IMG/VR virus record: IMGVR_UViG_3300046169_000050
Span: 1 to 59,257 of that record
Direction: 5' to 3' (one strand)
Source of the DNA: a virus
Taxonomy: Duplodnaviria; Caudoviricetes
DNA length: 59,257 nt
Positions 18,561 through 26,876 of this stretch are shown piece after piece; within the stretch, counting starts at the first letter, position 1; the number at the start of each line of letters is the position of its first letter. The translations under genes were made by a program, and so were the position numbers. The notes below the pieces were generated by a model. It saw nothing but the letters and a program-made list of their open reading frames with translations. It made no database searches and was not told the origin of the DNA.

Positions 18561-18743
18561 ATGTTCATATACATCTTATTCTTATTTGCAGTCTTACTAA
18601 CCTTGCTTGCAGCGGCTGTTACTGCTGTATGCATGTTTGCTGGTACATATTTACTGGCTGCACTGTCCTTTCTTCATCTATGTGCTGGCTGCTTGATGGT
18701 AAGCACAATGTACACCGCCATAACTTGGAGGACTCAACAATGA
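18561..18743 (+). CDS. Small hydrophobic membrane protein
   Basis: GGAGG RBS, ATG 18561; almost entirely hydrophobic. Confidence 0.6.
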   Translation: MFIYILFLFAVLLTLLAAAVTAVCMFAGTYLLAALSFLHLCAGCLMVSTMYTAITWRTQQ

Positions 18744-18985
18744 TCGGTAGCACAATGTATCGCGACTTCGCTAAATCACGTAGCTGGAAACGTGAACCAC
18801 GAGCCAAGCTTAACTATCTATGGCTTCACTGGCTTATGGAAACAGAGACTGGTTATTCGTGGTTCAAGACTTACCACGTGTTCGCTGCTTGGATGCAAAG
18901 GCACAGCTGGAAGCTGGTAGTACTTATGTTACTTGGTCACGCGTACGAAGGCTGGGGTATTACGGCCTCGTTCCTCGGCCTTTAG
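18740..18985 (+). CDS. Trp-rich hypothetical early protein
   Basis: GGAGG RBS, ATG 18740 coupled to the previous stop. Confidence 0.6.
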   Translation: MIGSTMYRDFAKSRSWKREPRAKLNYLWLHWLMETETGYSWFKTYHVFAAWMQRHSWKLVVLMLLGHAYEGWGITASFLGL

Positions 18986-19032
18986 TCGTTATGTTTTGTG
19001 AGCACAACGCTCTTAACCAACAGGAGGTTGCT

Positions 19033-19218
19033 ATGCAACAGACGTTTGACTTCACTCCCAGACACCACGCTGTCTGGTCAAACTTACGCACTGGGTTTCG
19101 TAACACTTGCACTTGGGCAATGGAGAACCCTGCTGAACTTCTCATCGCTGTGATGGCTGTCATACTGATGGACATCGATGAGTCACTAGACAATATTGAG
19201 GAGGCAACTGATGCTTAA
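19033..19218 (+). CDS. Hypothetical early protein
   Basis: AGGAGG RBS, ATG 19033. Confidence 0.6.
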   Translation: MQQTFDFTPRHHAVWSNLRTGFRNTCTWAMENPAELLIAVMAVILMDIDESLDNIEEATDA

Positions 19219-19381
19219 TCCACTCCCCTTAAACTTTGAGTCAGACCATTGGGACTGGCTCGTAGACCACGAAGCACAACTCGTGGAGCATGGTACACAC
19301 GACGTGGACCTTGATTCTGTGCTTCAAACTATTAGCCCAGCTAATATTACAACCACTCTAGAGGAAACTAGCTATGACTAA
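19211..19381 (+). CDS. Hypothetical early protein
   Basis: GGAGG RBS; contains operator 19330-19346. Confidence 0.5.
   Translation: MLNPLPLNFESDHWDWLVDHEAQLVEHGTHDVDLDSVLQTISPANITTTLEETSYD
19330..19346. promoter_or_regulatory. 17-bp palindromic operator
   Basis: TATTAGCCCAGCTAATA, 27 bp upstream of the 204-aa gene. Confidence 0.75.
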
Positions 19382-19988
19382 CCAGACATTCATCAACCAA
19401 GCCTTCTATGCACTCTGTGAATACAAGGGCTTCAAGGGCGACACAGCAACGTACGTGTCTAATCAGCAAGCAGCTACTGTCATTGAACAGTACGTCGAGG
19501 CTTTCTTGACAGCTGCTGAGAACGAAGACGCAGTTGTTCACCGCTTGTCAGTACTTGGTTCGTTGCAAGATCTCATGAACAAAGTCTCGTGGAACGCTCG
19601 CAAGTTGTTCAAGGCTAACAACGCCAACAGCGGTATGGACAACAACGGCGCACCTTGGGGTCTTGAGTCTTCTGAGCGTGTACGTCAGCTGGTCGATGTC
19701 GACGCTGACAATGAGACGCTTGCCAAGATCATCGAGTCTGACTTCGAGTCACTGCAGATGGTACACACTATCCTCAGTCAACAGACTGGCATCGATACTC
19801 CGCTCTACTACTTCGTAGAGACTGAGCGTCAGCCAAACGGCGACTGGGTTGACGTTACCAACGCAACCACGTTCGACGATGCAATGACTGCAATGGACGA
19901 CATCGTGGACAAGCTCAACGAGAAGTCACGTGAAGACATTCGCAAGTCCGTACGCGACGCACTAGGCAGCCTCAAGAAAGCAGCCTAA
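19374..19988 (+). CDS. Acidic early protein of unknown function (204 aa)
   Basis: GAGGA RBS, biased codon usage, followed by a terminator. Confidence 0.8.
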   Translation: MTNQTFINQAFYALCEYKGFKGDTATYVSNQQAATVIEQYVEAFLTAAENEDAVVHRLSVLGSLQDLMNKVSWNARKLFKANNANSGMDNNGAPWGLESSERVRQLVDVDADNETLAKIIESDFESLQMVHTILSQQTGIDTPLYYFVETERQPNGDWVDVTNATTFDDAMTAMDDIVDKLNEKSREDIRKSVRDALGSLKKAA

Positions 19989-19994
19989 CCACCT

Positions 19995-20029
19995 AGCCCT
20001 GCTGGCCCTACGGTCAGTGGGGCTTTTTT
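19995..20029 (+). terminator. Rho-independent terminator
   Basis: AGCCCTGCTGGCC-CTAC-GGTCAGTGGGGCT followed by T run. Confidence 0.8.
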
Positions 20030-20092
20030 ATGTTCGGGGTACCCACGATCCACCACCGAGCCAACCACAACCCACCGGGGAGACAGCGTGCC

Positions 20093-20392
20093 ATGTTTTT
20101 GACAGGTCTTATTGCAGCACTTGCAATCATATTTCTTCTACTCAAGTTCAACTTCCGTCGTGTGCTCAGCCACGACATCAGTATCGACATCGGCGTCACA
20201 GTCCTGTTGTGCGTGCTGTTTGCCGGTACCTTCGCAGGCATGATGACTGGCCTTATGGCTGGTTGCATCATCTCTGCCTTCCTTTACTTCAGCAAAAAGT
20301 TCTACGGCTACGAGCGCTTCGGTGTCATCAAGACCGACAAGTTCCCGTACCGCAAGTTCGGCTGGATCAACGTGCCACCGGGAGGTAAGTAA
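20093..20392 (+). CDS. Multi-pass membrane protein
   Basis: GGGAG RBS, ATG 20093; three hydrophobic segments. Confidence 0.7.
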   Translation: MFLTGLIAALAIIFLLLKFNFRRVLSHDISIDIGVTVLLCVLFAGTFAGMMTGLMAGCIISAFLYFSKKFYGYERFGVIKTDKFPYRKFGWINVPPGGK

Positions 20393-20571
20393 TGGACTTT
20401 GATCTTAAGTACTGCATCCACATTGACGAGGACACGTGGTGGGAATACGACGCAAAAGGCATAGCGTTGTGCCGTGTCTGCGTTAAATGCAAAGCAACCA
20501 AATTAGCAGCCTATCGCAAAGACGTACTAAGCGACCCTAACTACGAAGCAGATGAGGACATTGAACCATGA
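20392..20571 (+). CDS. 59-aa Cys-containing protein (not in ORF track)
   Basis: MDFDLKYCIH...WWEYDAKGIALCRVCVKC...YEADEDIEP; GGAGG RBS, coupled at both ends. Confidence 0.7.
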   Translation: MDFDLKYCIHIDEDTWWEYDAKGIALCRVCVKCKATKLAAYRKDVLSDPNYEADEDIEP

Positions 20572-20762
20572 GCGACGAATCACGAACCATCAAAACTGAG
20601 CACGATGTCTTGCTCACCTTGATTCATTACATCCAGTACCACTACCTCAAGGTCAGTGAAACAGGCGAGACCAACGTCGTCGTGCCATTCGACCCAGTCG
20701 AACTAACCCAGTGCATCGCAGTACTTGCACGTGCACAAACTATGCGAGGTATACAACCATGA
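20568..20762 (+). CDS. Hypothetical protein
   Basis: GAGGA RBS; ATGA overlaps. Confidence 0.6.
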   Translation: MSDESRTIKTEHDVLLTLIHYIQYHYLKVSETGETNVVVPFDPVELTQCIAVLARAQTMRGIQP

Positions 20763-20974
20763 GCAATGGAGACATTGTCGTAAACCTTTTGTTATCACCC
20801 ACCGAGCTTAACTTCTTGCAGGTCGCAGTTGACGACCTTATCGATGTGCAACGCAGCATAATCATTGACCACGTTAACCAATCACATCCTTTGTTCGATG
20901 CATTTGACGACGCTGTTCAACGGTTACGCGATGGTCTCGAACTCAAGCAAACATTGGAGATATTTAACCCATGA
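20759..20974 (+). CDS. Hypothetical protein
   Basis: GAGGT RBS; ATG 20759. Confidence 0.6.
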   Translation: MSNGDIVVNLLLSPTELNFLQVAVDDLIDVQRSIIIDHVNQSHPLFDAFDDAVQRLRDGLELKQTLEIFNP

Positions 20975-21177
20975 ACCGTGAACCATGCAGCATCACCGAC
21001 GATCCGTACAACGACTACTCCGACTATGTCGAGGGTGAAGGTGTGTACAAATCCAACGACGAAGACGAGGACAAAGCCTACGAAGAGCAACGACAGAAAG
21101 AAATAGACAACAAGCACCCGCTAGAACTTTACGCAACATTCATCAACAGCCTTATGGAGAGACACAGTGCAAAATAG
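20971..21177 (+). CDS. Acidic hypothetical protein
   Basis: GGAG RBS; coupled to neighbours. Confidence 0.6.
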   Translation: MNREPCSITDDPYNDYSDYVEGEGVYKSNDEDEDKAYEEQRQKEIDNKHPLELYATFINSLMERHSAK

Positions 21178-22171
21178 AGCAATCCGCCCATCTGACCTAG
21201 CCAAGGAATTGCGTGCCAACGCATTGGCTGACATCCCATCAATGATCTGGGGTCCACCCGGCATTGGTAAATCCGACATCGCGTATCAGTTTGCTACATC
21301 TATGAACGCCAAGCTGTTCGAGCTGCGCGCTAACCTGTTCGACCCCGTCGATGTACGTGGTGGCCTCAAAGTTGTAGAGCAGGAAGACGGTACATACCGC
21401 ACACGCTACGGTGTTCCAGAAGATTACCCAGACACTGACTATCAGGGCGCTGTGGTTCTCTTCATCGACGAGCTACCCAACGCACCCAAAGCAACACAGA
21501 ACGCGCTGCTGCAGCTGTTGCTTAACAAGCGTATCGGTACATACCAACTACCCGCTAACACGATCATCCTTGCCGCAGGTAACCGCGCTCAAGATCGTGC
21601 CGCAGTACATGAAATGCCTACTCCAGTACGTAATCGTTTCGCGCACTACACACTCGAAGCTAACGTCGACGACTGGGTCAAGTGGGCTATGACAAACAAT
21701 GTGCACGACAGCATCACAAGTTTCATCCGCATGCGTCCCTCACTGCTGCACAGTACAGACGGTACCGACTATGCGTTCCCAACTCCACGTACGTGGGCAA
21801 TGCTCGACCGTAAGTTGCCGCACATGGCTGACGACTTCTATGGTTGTTCATCCATGATTGGTGACGGCCCTGCTGGCGAGTACCTCAGCTACAAAGCCAT
21901 CTACAAAGATATGCCTGACATCGACACCATCATCGACAAGCCCGGCACATCAACTGTACCAACCGATACATCAGTGCTGTTTGCTGTGTCCGGTGCATTG
22001 GCTTCACGCGCTGACAAAGACAACTTCGACAACATCATGCGATTTGTTCGCCGGATGCCCGCCGAATATCAGGTCATCACTATCCGCGACTCTATCGCTA
22101 AGCAACAAGACTTGGTCACTCTTGACTGCTTCACCAAGTGGACCACGGACAACGCAGCAGTATTGCTGTAA
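21167..22171 (+). CDS. MoxR-like AAA+ ATPase
   Basis: WGPPGIGKS Walker A, LFIDE Walker B, AAGNR sensor, NRF arginine finger, PTPRTW. Confidence 0.9.
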   Translation: MQNRAIRPSDLAKELRANALADIPSMIWGPPGIGKSDIAYQFATSMNAKLFELRANLFDPVDVRGGLKVVEQEDGTYRTRYGVPEDYPDTDYQGAVVLFIDELPNAPKATQNALLQLLLNKRIGTYQLPANTIILAAGNRAQDRAAVHEMPTPVRNRFAHYTLEANVDDWVKWAMTNNVHDSITSFIRMRPSLLHSTDGTDYAFPTPRTWAMLDRKLPHMADDFYGCSSMIGDGPAGEYLSYKAIYKDMPDIDTIIDKPGTSTVPTDTSVLFAVSGALASRADKDNFDNIMRFVRRMPAEYQVITIRDSIAKQQDLVTLDCFTKWTTDNAAVLL

Positions 22172-22181
22172 GGAGAATCAC

Positions 22182-22883
22182 ATGGCATCAGTACGTTTAT
22201 CCCGCGACCTTCGTTCAACGATCAAACGCAATGCAATGCAAGCGTTTGACGTGAGCACGCCCGAGCCACAGTTTGCGACGAACGACATCAACTTCATGGT
22301 TGACGCCGTCCTGCAGTCTGACGCTCAAGCTACTATCAGCGTTATTGCTCAGACTTACGAAAAGCTCCCAAAATGCCGTACCTCATGGGGCTACAACCGC
22401 GAACTTAGGCCAGCTTTTGGTTTTGACAGTCCTTTTGAAACAAAGGTAAGCAAGATTACTTTTGTGCTTGACCCAAGAAACGAAGCTAAGGGTCACCGCA
22501 CTACAGTTGACCTCAATCGATCTGTTCAGATGTACTCTGCTTCCAACACTGCAGAAGTACCTATCGACGTAATCCAAGACCCTGCAGAACGTGCGCGTAT
22601 AGTAGAAATACTCGACACGTACGAGAAACGCCACCAAGACTACAGAGATTCACGTGCAAACTACAACGTCACAATCGACAGGCTTCTTGATGAATGCACT
22701 ACGCTCAAGCAGTTCTTGCAAGCATGGCCTGCTGGTGAATCGTTTGTACCTCAAGACAAGATCAACGAGCTACACACCAAAGTAACTCGCATCCAGAAAG
22801 CACGGCAAATCAAAGAAGACATCAACTTCGATGACACAGTCGTTAACAAAGTAGTACTAACCGCCAAACTAATGGGTAACTAA
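22182..22883 (+). CDS. Nmad5-like helical protein
   Basis: AAGGAG RBS, ATG 22182; MASVRLS..LR..I N-terminus and TTLKQ..QAWP motif. Confidence 0.55.
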   Translation: MASVRLSRDLRSTIKRNAMQAFDVSTPEPQFATNDINFMVDAVLQSDAQATISVIAQTYEKLPKCRTSWGYNRELRPAFGFDSPFETKVSKITFVLDPRNEAKGHRTTVDLNRSVQMYSASNTAEVPIDVIQDPAERARIVEILDTYEKRHQDYRDSRANYNVTIDRLLDECTTLKQFLQAWPAGESFVPQDKINELHTKVTRIQKARQIKEDINFDDTVVNKVVLTAKLMGN

Positions 22884-22884
22884 T

Positions 22885-23982
22885 ATGTCTGCAGAGAGCC
22901 TATTGCTCAAAGCCCGCACTGCGCTACTGATGGAGCAGCCGTTCTTCGGGACGCTGGCCATCAGGCTCAAGCCTGTTGCTGACGACGAAATTAAGACTGC
23001 GGCCACGGACGGCCAACGTCTTATCTATGCTCCGTCGTACATCAGCAAGCTGACATCACCGCAGCTCAAGGGTCTGATTGCACACGAAGTCATGCACTGT
23101 GTGTTCAACCACATGACACGGAGACAGGACCGTGACCAAAAAGTCTGGAACTCAGCATGTGACTACGCTATCAACAGTCACCTCATTGATTGTGGTTTCA
23201 TCCTTCCTGATGGTGGGCTTATCGACAAACAGTTCGCTGGCCTCACTGCCGAGGAGATATACAACCGCATTGCTGATGAGCCGCCCAAGCCCTGTGCGTG
23301 GGGCAAAGTACTCGATGCAGGTCAGGGCACTGTAGCTGGTAAATCCAATGCAGCTATGGAATCCGACTGGCAGATGGCTGTGACCGAAGCAGCTGAGGTA
23401 GCAAAGCAACGCGGTAAGCTGCCGGGTGCCATTGCTTCTTTCATCAGTGACATCATCAGCCCCAAAGTCGATTGGCGCTCAGTGTTGTGGCCCTTCTTCA
23501 CCAACCTAGCTACCGATGACTACAGCTGGCGCAAGCCACACCGAGCTTACATCAGTGAAGATGAGTATCTACCCAGCATGCACAACGAGGGTTGTGGCCC
23601 TATCGGCTTTGTCATGGACACCAGTGGCAGCACATCAAGCTTCTTTCAACAGTTCGCATCAGAGCTAGACGCTGTATTGGCACAGGTGCTACCCGAATCA
23701 GTTCACGTTGTGATGGGTGACACCGAGGTTACTGACGCATTCGAGCTAGACCACGGATCACGACTACAGGATCTGGAAGTCAAAGGCGGCGGTGGCACAG
23801 TACTTGCCCCGTTGTTCAAGCACATCAGTGACAAAAACCTCGAAGCCATTGTCTGCCTCACTGACCTTGAGATGCACGAGTATGATTGGGAGCAGATATG
23901 CCAACTCGACTTACCACCTATCCTTTTCGTCTCAACTAACCGGTCGTTGGAAGCACCAATCGGCACAACTATTTACATCTGA
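22885..23982 (+). CDS. Metallopeptidase-like + VWA domain protein (MoxR partner)
   Basis: TAATDG, HEVMH, WN.A.DYAIN; DTSGS MIDAS, GGGT, LTD. Confidence 0.85.
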   Translation: MSAESLLLKARTALLMEQPFFGTLAIRLKPVADDEIKTAATDGQRLIYAPSYISKLTSPQLKGLIAHEVMHCVFNHMTRRQDRDQKVWNSACDYAINSHLIDCGFILPDGGLIDKQFAGLTAEEIYNRIADEPPKPCAWGKVLDAGQGTVAGKSNAAMESDWQMAVTEAAEVAKQRGKLPGAIASFISDIISPKVDWRSVLWPFFTNLATDDYSWRKPHRAYISEDEYLPSMHNEGCGPIGFVMDTSGSTSSFFQQFASELDAVLAQVLPESVHVVMGDTEVTDAFELDHGSRLQDLEVKGGGGTVLAPLFKHISDKNLEAIVCLTDLEMHEYDWEQICQLDLPPILFVSTNRSLEAPIGTTIYI

Positions 23983-23983
23983 T

Positions 23984-24000
23984 TATTAGTACTGCTAATG
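23984..24000. promoter_or_regulatory. 17-bp palindromic operator
   Basis: TATTAGTACTGCTAATG, intergenic, abutting the TAAGGAG RBS. Confidence 0.7.
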
Positions 24001-24012
24001 TAAGGAGTTCAC

Positions 24013-24228
24013 ATGAAGGACGCGGAAGAATATATCCAGCTCAGCAAGAGCACACCAAGCGATTTCGAGTTCGATCGCTTTGTCAGAGTGTGGGTTGAGT
24101 CACGTAAACCAGAGATCGCAGAGGAACTGTTGTCTCGGTACCAGCATCTAGCTGGGGATATCTACGCGCACATCGAAGCGGAAAGTAGGAGGCGACAGCA
24201 TGAAGATGGACCAGACATTCCCTTTTAA
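24013..24228 (+). CDS. Hypothetical protein with DIPF C-terminus
   Basis: TAAGGAG RBS; ends GPDIPF, like the SSB C-terminal tip. Confidence 0.65.
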   Translation: MKDAEEYIQLSKSTPSDFEFDRFVRVWVESRKPEIAEELLSRYQHLAGDIYAHIEAESRRRQHEDGPDIPF

Positions 24229-24544
24229 GAACTGCGTAGGACAACACATCGTCCTCAACCCACGTCATATACAAGCACGAGACTGGGCAGCTGTTGCTGA
24301 CTACACCAATCTCGAAACACCAACCGCATGGAAAAAAGTGCCCGCCGAAGACAGCGTGCACTATGAACGCTTAATTGTGGAAGACGGCCTTAGCTTTGCC
24401 TACGTGTCACTGCTGCAAGTGTGTCGTCGCAACAATATAGATTGGATCTATTTTACTTGGACCGCTCCGCTCGCTGGGGGACTGGAGGTATTTGATGAGC
24501 ATTGGCCTGATCTCAGAAAACAAGATTCGCGAGAAGCTGCGTAA
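24200..24544 (+). CDS. Hypothetical protein
   Basis: AGGAGG RBS. Confidence 0.6.
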   Translation: MKMDQTFPFKNCVGQHIVLNPRHIQARDWAAVADYTNLETPTAWKKVPAEDSVHYERLIVEDGLSFAYVSLLQVCRRNNIDWIYFTWTAPLAGGLEVFDEHWPDLRKQDSREAA

Positions 24545-24668
24545 AGAAATAAATAAAGATATCAAGAAATTTCTTGATAACGGCGGCGAGATTACTCGCT
24601 GCGAGTTAGACGAAAGAAACTTCGAATACGGCTACAAAAATAGGGGGAAAAATGTTCAGCAAAAGTGA
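24495..24668 (+). CDS. SutA-like RNA-polymerase-binding small protein (not in ORF track)
   Basis: 57 aa, GGAGG RBS; REKLRKEINKDIKKFLDNGGEITRCE resembles the SutA core (..EEFLSRGGKVQEI). Confidence 0.65.
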   Translation: MSIGLISENKIREKLRKEINKDIKKFLDNGGEITRCELDERNFEYGYKNRGKNVQQK

Positions 24669-24846
24669 CCAAGCCTATGTAAACGACGTCGTATTAGCAC
24701 TTGAAGCTGCAGAAACAATGGCAAACAGACACGGTGAAGACACCTGTGTCCTTCAAGACTTAAGAGTTGTTCTACTTCGGTTCAGCAACGAAACGCCTCT
24801 CGAAATTGTTAGGCCAAGAAACTACAGAGGGAGCGCTCTTGACTGA
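24652..24846 (+). CDS. Hypothetical protein
   Basis: AGGGGG RBS; overlaps polymerase start. Confidence 0.6.
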   Translation: MFSKSDQAYVNDVVLALEAAETMANRHGEDTCVLQDLRVVLLRFSNETPLEIVRPRNYRGSALD

Positions 24847-26653
24847 TATCACGCTTGATTTCGAGACTTACTTTGACACCAAGGTCTCGCTAACCAAACT
24901 CACCACAATGGAATACATCAAACACCCCATGTTCAAAGTGTGGGGAGTCGGAATCAAATACGACGATTGTGACACCGTGTGGTTTACCGAAGACGAAGTA
25001 GAAGATGAGCTTGCAGACATCGACTGGACTGATGTCCGACTCATCTGCCACAACACCCCTTTCGATGCATACGTTCTATCACAGTACTTCGGGTACATAC
25101 CCGCATACTTTATAGACACAGCTGCAATGTCACGAGGCAAGTACCCCGGCCAATCTGCCAGACTTGCCGACACAGCTATACGTCTATTCCCCAATGATGA
25201 AAGTATGCGGAAGGGGGGAGAGTTAGCGGAGGCAAAAGGAACCTTCGACCTCTCCCCCGAACAAGACGAGTCGCTTGGACGCTACTGCATACAAGACGTC
25301 GACCTAACATATGCTATCTGGAAACAGATGGAGCCTGACTACCCACAGTCCGAGTTGGATCTTATTGATCTAACAACACGGATGTTTGTAGACCCGGTCA
25401 TAGAAATAGACCGTGAACGACTAACCACGTACTTAGAAACAGAAACCAAGAACCGTGAAACAAAGATAGAAGCAGCAGGTATCTGCCCCAAAATCCTTAG
25501 TTCCAACGATAAGTTCGCTGAACATCTACGATCTATCGACATAGAACCACCGATCAAACGCAGCCCCAACACAGGTAAAAACATCCCAGCTTTCGGTAAA
25601 AACGATGCAGGCTGGAAACAAATGGTTGCAATGTACCCAGAGCACAACCATCTCTGGAATGCTCGCGAAGCTGTAAAGTCACGACTAACAGAGACAAGAG
25701 CGCAGCGCTTCCTCGATGCTGCTTTAGACGACAACCGTATCCCAGCACCGTTGCGTTACTACGCTGCGCACACTGGGCGGTTTGGTGGCACCGAAAAGCT
25801 CAACATGCAAAACCTTCCTCGAGGTGGCGAGTTACGTCAATGTCTCGTCGCACCCAAAGACCACCTAGTTTACGTAGCTGACCTGTCAAACATTGAAGCG
25901 CGCATGCTGGCTTACGTTGCAGATCAACAAGACCTCATCGAGCAGTTTAGACGCGGCGACGACATTTACTCCAACTTCGCAAGCGTCATCTACGAACGCC
26001 CTATCAATAAAAAGAAAGACCCCACCGAACGATTTGTAGGTAAAACTGCAATCCTTGGGCTGGGCTACGGCATGGGGCACAACAAATTCCAAGCCACGCT
26101 CAAGTCTGGAGCAATGGGTCCACCCCAAGATTTCACCCAGCGAGAAGCACTTGAGATCGTTACTAAGTACCGCACTACTTACAACAAGATTGCGCTGCTA
26201 TGGAGCAGGCTTCAAGACCAGCTACAACTAACCCTCCACTCCGAAAACTACGGCATGAAATATGGTCCGTTCTTTACTGTAGAAAGAAACGGATTCCGGC
26301 TGCCGAACGGTATGTCTCTTCACTACACAGACCTGTCGCCTGAAGCGACAGGTGGGTATGCGTATCTATCACGCGGTAAAAAAGAGTACACGTACGGAGG
26401 GCGAATCACTGAAAACCTTATACAAGCACTGTCTCGTATTGTAATTACAGACAGCATGCTACGGCTGCAGAACAAGATGCCTGACGCACGAGTCGCGCTA
26501 ACGGTTCACGATGAGATAATTATTATTGCAGCTAATACCCACCCTGATGCTACAATGAATACGATCATTGACGATCTATGCATCGCTCCAGAGTGGGCAC
26601 CAGATCTTCCTTTAGCTGCTGAGGGTGGTTACGACACCGTATATAGTAAATAA
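24839..26653 (+). CDS. polA: Family A DNA polymerase with 3'-5' exonuclease
   Basis: Start TTG 24839; LDFET, HN..FD, YC.QDV exonuclease motifs; HTGRFGG, NMQNLP, DLSNIEAR (A), RFVGKTAILGLGYG (B), VHDE (C). Confidence 0.95.
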   Translation: MTDITLDFETYFDTKVSLTKLTTMEYIKHPMFKVWGVGIKYDDCDTVWFTEDEVEDELADIDWTDVRLICHNTPFDAYVLSQYFGYIPAYFIDTAAMSRGKYPGQSARLADTAIRLFPNDESMRKGGELAEAKGTFDLSPEQDESLGRYCIQDVDLTYAIWKQMEPDYPQSELDLIDLTTRMFVDPVIEIDRERLTTYLETETKNRETKIEAAGICPKILSSNDKFAEHLRSIDIEPPIKRSPNTGKNIPAFGKNDAGWKQMVAMYPEHNHLWNAREAVKSRLTETRAQRFLDAALDDNRIPAPLRYYAAHTGRFGGTEKLNMQNLPRGGELRQCLVAPKDHLVYVADLSNIEARMLAYVADQQDLIEQFRRGDDIYSNFASVIYERPINKKKDPTERFVGKTAILGLGYGMGHNKFQATLKSGAMGPPQDFTQREALEIVTKYRTTYNKIALLWSRLQDQLQLTLHSENYGMKYGPFFTVERNGFRLPNGMSLHYTDLSPEATGGYAYLSRGKKEYTYGGRITENLIQALSRIVITDSMLRLQNKMPDARVALTVHDEIIIIAANTHPDATMNTIIDDLCIAPEWAPDLPLAAEGGYDTVYSK

Positions 26654-26655
26654 CA

Positions 26656-26853
26656 ATGTCAAGACTAGTCCTGTCAAGAAAGATCAAACAAGGAGTTACC
26701 ATCCACAAAGATGGTAAGGTCTTAGCAAGCTTGGAAGTACACAAAGTTGACCGCAACTCGGTCACATTAGCGTTTGTCGCAGACACGGAAATAAAAATAG
26801 ATCGCGACGAAATTTATAGCAAGGAGTCAGAGACTAATAAGTCAGATTATTAG
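26656..26853 (+). CDS. csrA: CsrA/RsmA-like RNA-binding protein
   Basis: LVLSRK...V.I ... V.LAF.A...IKI.R.EI matches the CsrA fold pattern, including the conserved Arg. Confidence 0.75.
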   Translation: MSRLVLSRKIKQGVTIHKDGKVLASLEVHKVDRNSVTLAFVADTEIKIDRDEIYSKESETNKSDY

Positions 26854-26864
26854 TTGCGCTATTA
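26848..26864. promoter_or_regulatory. 17-bp palindromic operator
   Basis: TATTAGTTGCGCTATTA just upstream of the primase-helicase RBS. Confidence 0.6.
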
Positions 26865-26876
26865 ACGGAGGGATCT

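Noticed and set aside
21858-22181. N-terminal extension of the 341-aa ORF
   Set aside because: Overlaps the ATPase; ATG 22182 has an AAGGAG RBS.
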